This document shows, piece after piece, positions 23,820-37,504 of a DNA stretch of 64,000 bases. The notes beneath the pieces are model-generated. The model had not been told where the DNA came from. It worked only from the letters and a program-made list of their open reading frames with translations, and did not search any database. The first letter of the stretch is position 1; each line of letters begins with the position of its first letter. The position numbers and the translations under genes are program-made. Source of the stretch: Paraspadella gotoi (taxonomy: Eukaryota > Animalia > Chaetognatha); NCBI GenBank assembly GCA_051294375.1, contig JBJCIZ010000239.1, positions 4,987,768 to 5,051,767 on the forward strand. Direction: 5' to 3'.

Positions 23820-24676
23820 AAACATTACTTGGACGAGATCAGACAAGACTAAGACAGATTCACTGGATCACTCTAGACCGACAACTACTTTCTTACAAAG
23901 TTTTCTACTACGTTTTTACTGAAGTTTTCTCTACGATTTATTGGATTTCTCTACGATTTATAGATTCTTCTCGATTTGATCTCGATTTTGCATAGATTTC
24001 GTCTCGTTACCTACATTTATTACATTTATTCACATTTATTCCCGCATTTCTTCTTTTTCGACTTTTCGAGCTTCAGTTTACAAAAACGTTTGGGATTCTT
24101 TTTGTCAGATAAGTTGGGACCAAGTGGACCATCTTCACCTCAAGAGGCGTAGAGAGCCAAGCTTCTCTACACTGAGGGTCGGAAGCCCCCAAAGCCAACA
24201 GTGAGATGCCCCATCCCAATGGGCATCACAGGCAACCCGGCTGTTGCCAGAATATGTCGATAAAATGAAGATTTTATTGATAATTCATTCCTTCATCATC
24301 AATAATCATTTGCTATCTCCAGTTGTCATGAGTAAATGATTATTTCTTTACAGAGGTGTTGGATAATTTCGCCCCCTAACATACCAATTTGATGGTCGCG
24401 TTCGGATAGGAATCGACGACGTCCGCCATCACGATATCTCCGTGGAGGGTGTTCTCGTCACGAAGGGCCTTGAGTATGATGTTTGAAGGAGGAGGGGAAG
24501 AAGAGGCCAACACAAAAACGACCTGGGAGAAAACAAGGGGGTTGGATGAGTATTTTCATCTTTTTTTTCATCTCTCTCTCTCTCTCTCCTTCACCTGAAG
24601 TTTGTCTGATGTCTTTGCCGCACCAATCTACGTTTCTATGATTGCATTTCAACGCTCTCTTCTCTCTCTCTCTCTA

Positions 24677-24743
<67 letters not shown>

Positions 24744-24999
24744 CTCTCTCCCTCCCTCCCTCACCTGAATCTTGTCCGATGTCTTAGCCACGCTCGCCCA
24801 GGTTTCCCTGATCGTCTTTCTTCTCTCCGGTTTCCAAAACGTCGATAGGATCATGAAGAGAAGGCGCAATTTGTCCCCTTTTTTGACGCAGGCCTTTTCG
24901 TTGTATTGATGAGCAGCGGGTAATCCGTGAAAAAGCAGTTGTGGCAAGATAGAGGGCGCGGGATGGAGGGATCGACTTTGGCGGGCGGGAGAGGAGCGC
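22358..24999 (-). CDS. Beta-1,3-galactosyltransferase-like glycosyltransferase (CAZy GT31, Galactosyl_T), catalytic exons
   Basis: Exons (minus): <24999-24765 (..RRKTIRETW..; contains indel errors), 24522-24385 (VVFVLA..ENTLHGDIVMADVVDSYPNATIKL), 23498-23314 (VMMLKW..C..ADFVIKGDDD..RSRRSK), 22937-22698 (YYIS..YPDFIPGAGYIMS..LEDVYIT) and 22457-22358 (to TGA). All GT-AG junctions keep the frame. Canonical GT31 motifs are present. Confidence 0.9.
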
Positions 25000-25024
25000 N
25001 NNNNNNNNNNNNNNNNNNNNNNNN

Positions 25025-25498
25025 AAGAGAGAGATCCAATGGGCATACACAGGCAACCCGGCTGTTGCCAGAAATGTCGATAAAATGAAGATTTTATGAT
25101 AATTCATTCCTTCATCATCAAATAATCATTTGCTATCTCCAGTTTTCATGAGTAAATGATTATTTCTTTACAGAGGTGTTGGATAATTTCGCCCCTAACA
25201 TACCAATTCTGATGGTCGCGTTCGGATAGGAATCGACGAACGTCCGCCATCACGATATCTCCGTGGAGGGTGTTCTCGTCACGAAGGGCCTTGAGTATGA
25301 TGTTTGAAGGAGGAGGGGAAGAAGAGGCCAACACAAAACGACCTGGGAGAAAACAAGGGGTTTGGATGAGTATTTTCATCTTTTTTTCATCTCTCTCTCT
25401 CTCTCTCTCTCCTTCACTGAAGTTTGTCTGATTCTTTGTGCCGCACCAATCCTACGTTCTATGATTGCATTCAAGCTCTCTCTCTCTTCTCTACTTCT

Positions 25499-25550
<52 letters not shown>

Positions 25551-26292
25551 ATCCTCCGCCCCTCACCTGAATCTTGTCCGATGTCTTAGCCACGCTCGCC
25601 CAGGTTTCCCTGATCGTCTTTCTTCTCTCCGGTTTCCAAACGTCGATAGGATCTGAAAGAGAAGGCGCAATTTGTCCTCTCCTTTTTTGACGCAAGGCCT
25701 TTTCGTTGTTGATGAGCAGCGGGTAATCCGTGAAAAAGCAGTTGTGCAAGATAGAGGGCGCGGGATGGAGGGATGCGACTTTGGCGGCGGGAGAGGAGCG
25801 CGCGGGAGATTATGGGAGAGGGCGGTGGGAGTTTTGGTAGAGGAAGATGGTTGAGGAAGTGGTGGAGGTGTTATCTTAGCTTTAGATGTGGGAGCGGGGG
25901 AGGGTCATTTAGGCTTAGATGTAGTATAAGGGTGGATTCCTACTTTAGGTTCGACTGAAGGAGAAGGTGATGTATTTCTGGTGTTGGAGTTGGTGGATGC
26001 GTCATTGTAGGTTGAAAGGGAAATAAATGAATAAAATTAAAAGTCTAAATTCAATTTTGATGAATTAAAAGACAGAATTGATGGATAAATAAATAATTAA
26101 ATGAAAAAAAAAAATGAATCGATAAATAAGAAGGGAATATAAATTTACTTTATTTGGTTTTTTTATTTCTGAGAACCGAGACGAACAAAAAAGAGCAGAA
26201 AACAAAAAGTAAATAATGTTTTTCTCACATATTGCCGGTGATTTTTGATAATATTTTGTTTATCGAAAGAGAAGTCGGTCAAACGTTCGCAT
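25025..26292 (-). other. Redundant, indel-rich copy of GT31 exons (24215-24999) extending into a probable Pro-rich stem and N-terminal TM exon
   Basis: 25040-25800 nearly repeats 24215-24999 across a 25-N gap. Upstream on the minus strand are a Pro/Ser-rich stretch (~25800-26005) and a basic-then-hydrophobic segment (RQYVRKTLFTFCFLLF.., ~26150-26240), consistent with a type II anchor; the frames are broken. Confidence 0.6.
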
Positions 26293-26955
26293 GACGAGCC
26301 TTTTTTAAATCGTCCGATGGAATTGATATTACGTTGGGCGTTTGGGGGCGTAAGATATTGGGGTTATTTTTTCTTCCTTTTTTTTAGTGTTTTTTTTTTT
26401 TTTTTGCTTCAAATTAAATGGGAAGTCAGTTTTTTTAAAAAAATTCAATATGTTGTAAATTCATTCATTTAACAACTTAAAAATTTACAAGTTAGTATAA
26501 AAAGGATTACAGCCACCATCAAGAAATATTTCGAACGAGAAGGTGAACAGTTTCAAAAAATCTGTACCGATTGATCCCGTGAATTAAACGACGCTCTTCC
26601 TCCGAAGTAGGCTCGAAAAAACCTTTTTCGAAAAAATTGAAATTAAATTAGGCATTTTAAACTAATGTGACGTACGGTAGAGATCGAAATTCAATTTAAG
26701 TGTCATTGAGACTTCGATTTAGGAAATTTCGCTAAACCATGAAGAAAAATTTGCGATGATCTGGCGAAGTCAATTTGCGCGACAAGGGGCCAAACCCTGT
26801 ATGGTGGACTAAAATCCACCAACCGTTCATCAGCGGCCATTGGTGCCGGAAGCAAGTCATTCGCCCTCCCAACCCAAAAGGTCCGGGGTTCTGCCAGTGG
26901 CCGCCTAGCAGTTAAGAGGGACGGGGCGCTTAACCCGCTGTAACACGGTGTACAG

Positions 26956-29900
26956 TAGGGTGTTGTCATATTCAAAAGTTGTTTGTATCTTCACGCAATT
27001 TAACACGAACGGGGCATTGGCCCTAAAAAATAGCTTTGGCACCAATCGGCCAATTCAAATTGGTCCAACCTTTAGCAGTAACCCTCTCCTGAGGATTTTT
27101 GGCAACATTCCCTTTCACATCATCCCTCACTGTGTCTAAAGTATGAGAATGTTGATCGTCCAACATAATTTTATTAGGTTTAGAAGAAAGTCCATTAAGT
27201 TTTTTATTAAATTAGAGTCGCACTACTTCTTCGGCAAGAGCCCACAACAGCATCCACAAGCTGCTGCACCCAAGTAGTGGCCAATCATTGCGTACCATAT
27301 CTTCTTGGTTTTTAAGAGGTACTAATAAAGAATTTTTTACACAGTTTTATTCATAAATAGGTGCCTCTTTCTAATTTAAATATACATCTTTTAAAAAATT
27401 GGTGTGCCTACATCCTGGGAGGATAATTTCTGCACAGATTCTTTTTAAAAATAAAATTATATAAAATATTTATTTATATTATTTGCTATAGTTTAAATTA
27501 ATAGAGCATGATATAATTACTAATACAACGATAAATTTCAATCTTGATTGACGCAAATACTTTTTAAGATATCCTGTTATAAAGAATTTTTTGAAAAAAA
27601 TTTTTTAACAAGCTGCACAGAAATAAAGAAATAAAAGTATGGCAATCAAAAAATTGCTTTATTAGCTGATAAAACCCTCTAGGTTTATAATTTCCAATCA
27701 TGATTTTATAAGGCAAATCCCAGAGGCTCTGTGGGAAGCATTCTCAAATTTGGTTGGAGAATGTGACCAACAGTTTGCAGATAAAAAATTATTTTAATCA
27801 AAATAATTTACATTCTATTATAAGATGATAAATTTGCTTCCTTCAGTGATATCAAGACTTGTTACTCTAACTTTTATGTAAGGTGTGCTTACTTTTGTTA
27901 GATACTTCCTGGTCCAGACTGCTTGAAAAGGAAAAAAAATTAGTAAACAATCATAACAAACTGTAAGTTGAGATTACAATATGTTCATAACCGCCTATAA
28001 GCATTAAGCGTGTAAGTTGTGAGGACTGGAGGACAACGTTTTGGGGCATGAAAAACCCTTAAGCCTAGTTAACAAGGAGCTCAGGACCCAGTTTCTATGG
28101 CTACGAGTAGGGTGTTAAAAAAGATTGGAAACTTCAAGATTATTTTTCCAAATTTTTTTTCTTCACATGTAAATATTTGTTTTTATTGTCATTATATCCG
28201 GCAGTGGCGAGCAGCGCCGTAGGGGAGACGGCTTTCAAACGTTCGTCAGTTGAAAATGCGAATATCTGGGTTCAGAAGTTTTCCCTCTTTCTTGATTGAT
28301 GAGTCGCAATCAACGAATAATTTGAAAGAATAGAAAACGGGGTTGTCAATCCGAGGCTATTGAGTTTGTTTGCTTAATGGTTGAATTTGTCAATTTGTAG
28401 AATCTTTTAGTTGCCTCGTTGAAAAAATATGAATGTAAGTTTTACGTTAGTTATTTTAAATCATTTATACATTGTTATAGAACCTGGATCATTTAAATTC
28501 TCGTCGTCAAAGTATTTAATGTAAATAACATTTAAAAACATTGATATTCTACAAAAGTCGCCAAATGAAGCAAAAAGTTGAGGCAGCTGAAACAATTATG
28601 GTTTTCTCTGTTCCGTTAAAAAATGTTATTATACTTTCAATGCGAAAGATGGAAACAAACGTTTAAACTGATGTTTACCCCATCGTTTGTAAAATATTTC
28701 TAACATAAAGCGCTAAAGATTAGTGAAAAAAAAAGTATCAAATTTTCATACTTTATACCTAATGAGTTTTTTAAGGAAATTTTCCCTTCCAGAAACTCAT
28801 AAAAAAAATGCGTAAAAGAATTGAGTAAAGGATAGTGTTTTCTGTTGGAGATTTACCCTCTCTCTTTCTTTTCTCTCACCCTCTCTCTTTTATCAAAATG
28901 TTTGGGCCAAATTTTTCTTAAAATTCGCAATTGCGCTCAAGAAGACTTGTCCGGTTTAAAAAAATTGTTTTTTTCTCTTAATCAGCAAGGGTTAAAACAG
29001 AGAATGCAAATCATGCTAAAGGGAACGTGAAAGATGTTTTGATTATCCTTTACGGCTTTTTAGCAATTTTTCTTTGTACAGTCAAATTCGTGGGAAATGT
29101 TCTCCACCTGAATTCTGTTATAAAATATTATATACTTTTTCTTTTAAAACTTTCTCTCCTTCTCTGTCCTCTTTTCAATCAAAAATTTTTGGCAAATGTT
29201 TTTGGTTAATTCATTATTGGGCCTAAAAAATACTAAAAAAAGAATATGTATAAAAAATTTACAAGATGGATTGGATGGACAGACATCGATTGTTTTGATA
29301 ACATAATATATTAATGTTCTGACATGATCTCAGCGACTTAACGACAAGATTTTTGGGTTTGGGACCGATGGACCCTTAGCTTTGAACAATAATTACATTA
29401 AAATAGAGAATTCATTTAAAAATTTGTAGTATGTGGTAATGATTGAAGTGGGTGATTAAAGCTGTAAATCAGTTTTTCATGAAAATATGTCGCAAGTGGA
29501 GTAAAATTTTAAATAGAAAAAAATCGAAAAAAGAATGATTGAATGTTAATAACGATTATTGAAATAATAGTAATTGATTGATTGATGTAATAGTAATTGA
29601 TTATTGAATGCGATGATAAACCAATAATTTGACGGCAAATGATAACCAATTATTGATTTTGATGAAATAACCAAATATTGCAATGATACCAAATGAAATT
29701 GATGCAATGACAACTCAAATGTTGGAATGCGATGATAGTCATTCATTGAGGCAATGAATGTCAATTCATTGATACAATGATAGTTATTCATTAACGTGAT
29801 GAGTCCATTCATCGTAAATAAAACAAAACCAAATACATGTATGAGTGAGAGAGAGAGAGAGAAAGAAAGAGAGAGAAAAAGAGAGAGAGACAGAAAAAGA

Positions 29901-32146
29901 AGGAGAGAGAGATAGAAAGAGAAATAAAGCTGGAACCGTTGCTGTAGAAAGATTAACTCGTTTTTAAGGATGAATCAGTAAGAAGCAGTGAGGGAAACAA
30001 AAGAGAGAGAGCGACATATAATTAAAAGAGAGAGAGATAGAGAGCTTGAACAGCCGCTGGACAGCCGCTGAAAGAGGCTTATATATAAAAAATTGTTTGT
30101 AAATAAAACAAACAAATGAGTAGAGGAATAATGAAAATTATAACAATTTTAAAAGAACCCCAATGATGAGAACGCCAGTGGATCTAAAATTTTAGCTTTC
30201 TAATGGTTATACACCTTGAGCTATTCTTCAATGTTAAACAGCATGATATCAACTACGACAACCGACAAAACAACACAAAGCTACTAAATGGTTACGCTAC
30301 GCACAAATATGGGCTTAAGCCCCATCTGGTGAGATAAAAAACTAAAAATAACATTTGAGTATTAAATTTGGCTCAGGGTTATAACATTTAGGTTAAGGGG
30401 GCCGCACTATAAGGTTTAACAAATTAGAGAAAGATTTTGTGACTCGCTTCCAGAATTTTCCCTAGTCCATTTAATTGACCTTTTTCAAGACGCAGTCTTT
30501 CACCATCTTATCGCTTTCTCCTGTTAAGTGAAAACCTCGTCCACTTATTATTCGATCATAATTGTTTCTCTGGAAAAGATCGGCCATATGGAAACTCATA
30601 GTTTTTAACAGAATCCAAGGATTTTTTATACCAAATTTTAATAATTCAGAAGAAAAAAAATAATATATAACAATCTTGATTTTGGCATTTACTTTTCTTT
30701 TTAAAAATAAGCTTATGCACAATTTATTCACAATTTATTTGTCATTTTATTTAACATTTACATCAAATTTGGGATTTAGAAAACATTGCTCGCATAATAA
30801 CCAGTTCACCTACGGCCGACGAATCAAGACGCGTGACACTCAAGGCATAGAAAATAAACTTTCTACAATAGGGTTAACAATTGGTTATAACTTTGGTAAC
30901 AGATTAAGGGTTAAATATTAGAATTGAAATTAAGTTCAGGGATTAAGAAACAGAAATGGTTTGCTTTTAAAAAAAGAGCCAAAAATTAAATATAAACTGA
31001 ACAGGGATTTCTTTTTTTCAATTGTACATATGAATTACTTTAAAGTTATCGTATATCCGAGTTTTGTAGGCATAGTAATAGAATTTAAATATATGAATAT
31101 GAAAATAATGTTGTTAGCAATTGTTGTGGTTTGTTAACTAAATTTTTTGTTTACCTTCAAGCAAGTCCTGGACAAGAAGTATCTACAAAAAAGTAAGCAC
31201 ACCTTAATAAAGAGTCCAGAAGTACAAGTCTGATATCACATAAAGGAGCAAATTATCATCTATAATAGAATGTAATTATTTTGATAAAATTTTTTATCTT
31301 GCAAACTGGTTGGTCCCACATCCTCCAACAAATTGAGAAATCTTCCACAAGAGCCTCTGGGGAATTGGTCCTTATGAAATCATGAATTGGAATATAACCT
31401 AAGGGTTTTATCAACGTTAATAAAGCAAATTTTGATGCCATAACTTTTTATTTCTTTATTTCGTCTGTGTTGTGTTAAAAAAATTTTTTTTCAAAAAATT
31501 CATTATAAACAGGAATATCTTAAAAAGTATTTGGTCAATCAAGAATGAAATTTATACGTGTATAAGTAATTATTATATCGATGCTTCTATTTAATTATAA
31601 CCCTATAGCAAATAATATAATAAATATTTTGTATATAATTTTTATTTTAAAAGAACGTGCAGGAATTAATCCTCCAGGATGGTAGGCACACCAATTTTTT
31701 TAAAAGATGTAATTAAATTAGAAAGAGCACATATTTTATGAATAAAACTGTGGGTAGAAAATTTTTTATAGTACCTCCTAAAACCAAGAAGATATGAGTA
31801 CGCATGTATTGGCCACTCCTGGTGCAGCAGCTTGTGGAATGCTGTTTGTGGGTGCCGCTAAGAAAGTAGTTGGCGACTCTAAATTGTTAATAGAAACAAA
31901 ACTTATGGACTTCTTTAACTAATAAATTATGTTGGAACGATCAAATCTCTCATATCTTTAGACAATGTTACAGTGAGGGATGATGTGAAAGGTGTGCCAA
32001 AAATCCTTCAGGAGAGGTACTGCTAAAAGACGTTGGACCGATTTGAATGGCGATTGGTGCAACCCTTTAATTTTTTTAGGCCATGCCCCGTCGTGGCTTA
32101 AATGATGCGTGAAGATACAAACAACTTTTGGATATGGACACACCTA
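26956..32146. mobile_element. ~5.2-kb non-autonomous hAT-like element with ~1-kb terminal inverted repeats
   Basis: 26956-~27960 is the reverse complement of ~31120-32146 (e.g. caaaagttgtttgtatcttcacgca / tgcgtgaagatacaaacaacttttg). Starts TAGGGTG. Flanks gtgtacag (26948-26955) and gtgttacag (32147-32155). Empty site at ~37995-38005. No transposase ORF was seen. Confidence 0.88.
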
Positions 32147-35100
32147 GTGTTACAGCCTGATCCGAAGCTCAGGGACTGCTTGAACGGTTCTCTCATTAAC
32201 ACTTATCAATAATTACTGTCTCTTCATCTGTTTATTTGCACTGAGAGGGACATAAACGGGTTATTTCCTATCTCACTCTCTATCTCTCTCTCCAACACGC
32301 ACTTTCCCTCGCACCCTTTCTCTCTCTAGCTCTATGTATGTGTGGTATTCGATCCCGGTTTCTTCGCGAAAAAAACAAGGATATTTAGATGTGAGATGGT
32401 ATGATTAACTCATATAAAAAATATTTTGTTCATATAGTCACGGGAACAGAATAGTAAAATACAATATATTTGTAGTAATATTCTTATAAAATAATAAATT
32501 TTTAAAATAACTTGTAAAAAATTTTAAAAATTGTATTAAAGATTCAGATTCTTCATAAAAAGTTAAATTAAAAATATGAAATATGTTATAAAAAATTCTG
32601 TCGTCTTCAGCATTTAAAATAGAAAAAAAAAATTCAGGCCTTTTTCATTCCCTATAATAAAAACTTATATGTTAAAACGTTTTAATCAATTTTTGCGGTA
32701 TAAACATTAAAATATCATATATCATATTTTATAAATTGTTTTTAGTTTTTTATGGCGAATCCAAATCTGTTATTTAAAATTTAAAAAATTATTTTGAAAT
32801 TTTGGGATCTTATAAAGATATATAAAGATATATATAAAGATATATAAACATATATATTATATAAATAATTAAATTTACTATACTCTTATACTTAAAACAA
32901 TTTTAAAGGATTTAAAATTCATTAAAATTATATGTTCCCAGGCAGCAAAAATATAATGTTCAATCGCTCAATCCTTTCATCACTCCACCCTAATTTACAA
33001 TGCTTTAATTTGAATTGTCTTAATTTATAAAAAAAACAAAACAAAAAAACGGTTTGGTTAGAGTTGAATTAACTTATATTCTCAATTATCGAATCTGGCC
33101 GAGACGGACTGTAACCGTTATGAGGAAACATCTACAAGTCATTAAATCCAAAACGTCGCCGCCGCCTCAGCCGCAGCTTTTGACGCTGTCCTCGACGCCG
33201 CTGCCTCCGACGCCTCCGCCGCCTTCACGAGCCAACTTCTATCGAGTCTCTCTGCACGAAACGACCGCCGACTGCGCCCTTCGTCGTCGTCGCAGGACGC
33301 GAGGACGCCGCGGCATTCCTCCAGACGCGGAAGAGAGATTGCAGCCAGGAGAGAAGGATATCGTGCGTCGACAAGGAACATCGCTCGCTCGAGAGTCCGT
33401 CGCGATAAATTGTCATTATTCTTCTTTGTCCTGAGTCTTTCTCTACTAGTCTGACATATCGAGTATGCAAAGGGTAGCGCCCCCGTCTTCGTTCAGTTTT
33501 CTCCGTTCGTCGAATTGTCGTCACCGCCGAGCTTGTCGTCTTCTCTTGCAGATCGTCTATATGCTCTCGGTTACGCGTCTCAGAGTCGGCGTCGCCTGGT
33601 CGTTAAGAGTCGTCATTTCGTTGTCGTCGTCGNNNNNNNNNNNNNNNNNNNNNNNNNCGGGAAGTTGCTGCGGGGGAAAGGATGCGGCGATCGTGGGCCA
33701 AGTTGCGCAGGCGAGAAAGGGCGTCGAGGAACGGTGGAGGAAGATGATGAGGTGTTGAGGAGAAGAAGAAGAAAAAGAAGAAGAAGAAGAAGAAGAAGAA
33801 GAAGAAAAGAAGAAAGGAAGGAGGAAGAGGAACAACAGCAACGAGACACAATCCATTAAAAAACCGTCAAATCATTTAAAAGTTCGCGACCCACAGACAT
33901 TTTTCTTCTTCTTAAAACGGGTTTTGTAATTTTTTTATTTTTTGAATTTTTTTTTCCTGCTACCGCGCAAAAAAAAAAGATTGTGAATATGTATAAAAAA
34001 CTAGTTTTTTCTGCTCGCCGATTTAGGTGAATATTAAACATTAGATAACCTTTATATATGCTAATTCATTAAATTCGCTCGGTGCCAATCGATAGTCAAA
34101 AAATGTCGATTGCCCACGATAATTAAGCGTATGCAGATAAATAAATAAAATAATAAATAAATAACAAAAAAAATAAATAAATAAATAAAACTATAGGTAG
34201 AAATAATTACAAATAAAGACAAATATTTTTTAACTATTATTATTTCCCACTTGCATCATTTTTTTACTCACATCATTTTTCAACTTGCATCATTTTTTCA
34301 CGAACTATTTTTTCAACTTGAAATCATTTTTTCAACTGTGCATCATTTTTAATTAATAGTTAATTAATTAATTAAATTAAAAACATTATTAGAGTAATCG
34401 CATAATAAATAAAATTCAAGCGACTGAGCTTTGGTTTTTTATATGTAACTCATTTCCATCCTGATCCATCGAAACATTACTTATTCCCTATCTCTTGGAT
34501 GCTTTACAGCACTTTTCCAACCACACACAAAGATTTACTCCGATCTATCGCACCAGATGAAGTGATGATATAGATTATGATAGGAGAATATTAAGAAAGA
34601 TTCAAATAAAAGTGATTTTCAACTTCATAGTGCATCATCAGCAAGCTGATCACCATACACACATTGATAGTCTTAATTTCTCAAATTACCTAGCAATAAT
34701 TGTTAATTCCAGTTGAGTATAGTAAAATTAAACAGTGATAAAATATTGCGTCTTAATCCCTTGAGATCTAAAAATGGAATACACTAAAATCTCGGCCTCC
34801 CCTCTCGTCTCTCTCCTTTGTTTATTCTACTTAGACAAAAATGTTTACAAAATAGGCGCTGAGTTCCTGGGAATCTATGAAATATTAAACTTTGGAACTG
34901 AGAAATTTAGAGAGACAAAATTTGAAAGAAAGTTAATTACTAATTGGAGGCTAATTAAAAATATACTAACATCTCCCCCCCAAAACAAATTTGTTAAATG
35001 GCAAATAGATGAGTTAAGCGAAACAGTGGGTACAAAATGATCACATGTAAGGCAGTAGTACAAATAATCTTAATTGTTATAACAGTATTACAATTGATCA

Positions 35101-37504
35101 CATATAGCTAAATTGGGGAAAAGTAAATTAGGACAAAAAATAAATCTGCGCTGCATCTAATATAAAAACGTAACAAAAATAAAAATTGTTTTGAAAATAA
35201 GTCGAAACTGCGGCCAACAGTTCGAGAAATAAAATGTTAAATTAATTATATACATATATATTGGGAACCAATATGTAAACAAATCATCAAATAAACATTT
35301 CCACGCAAATATGGCAGTCATTCACGGCCCCCAAATCTATTTTTTGATCTATTTTCGATATCTTCCTCAAAACATCCAATCAATTTTAATCGATCTCTCG
35401 TGTTCACAATATTCGATATAAAGAACTCATCCTGCTCTTCCTGCTCCCAACCCGAAAATGGTAAGTGTAACGGATCAGTCTATCATCCTCTTTAAAGGTG
35501 CCAAATTATAATTAAGTCATCAATTTCCAATAAGATTAATCGTTTCATAATTTTAATTTAAGTTCAAAACTACTTGTCGTTCTTGTTGCATTGTCAATTG
35601 TCTGTCTGCATTGCTCATTGGCATCGTCGCCCTTCAAAGTCGTGTTGTGTCGTTAAGAGAAAGGTGCAAATTAATTCAGTGCCGAAACATGCAAAAATCA
35701 TTTAAAATCGAAATGAAAGAGTGCGAACAGATTCGTGCAACAGGTTATTTTGAAGTAAAAGGGTGCAAAAAATTCAGGATCGTCCAGTTCAAAGTATCTT
35801 TGTCTGTTCCCTGTATCTGCTCTATCATTGCAACAAGAATAAGAAGCGTCCGGTCGCGCCTTCAGCGCAAATCAAAAACCAAATCGCGGACATCGAGATC
35901 ACTCCAAAATTTAGGTAAACCATTTCGAATGTTATTTCAATGTAAACACCGTCTTATTTAGTTCTATAAATATTCGAATTATTATTAAATTGAACTAAAT
36001 AATTAATATTCATATTTCTATTTGTCAAACCAATCTCGTCGTCGTCGTCGTCGTCGTTTCAATGAATATTAATGTCTTCGCTCGCTTCTCTGCAACGAAC
36101 TCGATTCTCCGATTTACGACCAACGAAAAAAAAAAAGAAATGCGGAAATTAAAGTCGAAAGAAAAAGAAGGAAAAAAAAAGAAATTACGAATTTTTCCCC
36201 ATGAAACAAATTGCAAGAAAAAAAGGATGGGGGGGAAGATAAAAAAGGAAAAGAAAGGAGTCAGAATGCATTCTCTGCATAACTGACTCACCTAATGACA
36301 GATGGACAGACGGACCAATAGGCGTAAAGAAGTAAAGAAAGGGAACAAAGAAATCCTGAAATCAAATCAATCAATCAATCAAATCAAATCAAATCAACCC
36401 CGTTTTCAGGAAATTTGGCTTATGAAATAATTAAACATTGATTGCGAAAATTCTTTCTCTCTCACTCACAATTTTTGTATCCTCTCTCTCTCTCTCTCTC
36501 TCTNNNNNNNNNNNNNNNNNNNNNNNNNNNNNNNNNNNNNNNNNNNNNNNNNNNNNNNNNNNNNNNNNNNNNNNNNNNNNNNNNNNNNNNNNNNNNNNNN
36601 NNNNNNNNNNNNNNNNNNNNNNNNNNNNNNNNNNNNNNNNNNNNNNNNNNNNNNNNNNNNNNNNNNNNNNNNNNNNNNNNNNNNAATAAAAAAAAACCTT
36701 GAAAAAAAAACATCCGAAAGGTTTTTACTCGTGTATGCGAAAAACGTCAAACTTGTTAAAATAAGAATTACAGTAGAAACGAAACGGGGCATAATAATGA
36801 AATGAAAATTAATAAAATTTTAACTGATAAAGTATTAAAATCACTAGGAATCATAATGAATTAGCGAAAAAATGCGGAACCGGCGAACCGAGTGNNNNNN
36901 NNNNNNNNNNNNNNNNNNNNNNNNNNNNNNNNNNNNNNNNNNNNNNNNNNNNNNNNNNNNNNNNNNNNNNNNNNNNNNNNNNNNNNNNNNNNNNNNNNNN
37001 NNNNNNNNNNNNNNNNNNNNNNNNNNNNNNNNNNNNNNNNNNCAGTTACTGGATTCGGTCATTTTGAGAGGTTTTTTCCTGCTGCGGGTCAAAGGGTCAT
37101 TTTCAGGAGGCAGGGTAGGGCAGGGCAAGGAAGAGAAGAGGTGAGGAAAAAGGGAGACTCGTGGATTGGCGGAGGAAAGGAAAGGAAAGTGAGTACGGGG
37201 AAGGTGAGGCGCAACGGGAGTCATTGGCGAATGGCGAGGTTTTTGAGTCGGGAGGCGCTATTTTCTAAAAGCGCTGCATTTCCGTTCCTAATCTAGGCGA
37301 AAATCTGGCTTTAAAAAAAATTTGAGCTGAAATCGGGCGCTTTTAGAAAATATGACTTGATACAGCGAGAAAAGAAAAAGTGACTTCGAAGGTGAGACGT
37401 GGCGGAAGTCATTGATGAGGCGATGGGAATCTTTAAAAGTGAGTCTAAAATATGGTCAGTCGGAAAAAGAGGTATGGCGNNNNNNNNNNNNNNNNNNNNN
37501 NNNN

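Noticed and set aside
24215-25800. Apparent tandem duplication of GT31 exons (mutually exclusive exons)
   Set aside because: The copies differ mainly by single-base indels, include identical intron sequence and abut a 25-N gap; best explained as assembly overlap.
27960-31120. Possible transposase inside the 5.2-kb element
   Set aside because: Only short ORFs and microsatellites; no BED finger, DDE or hAT dimerisation motif recognised.
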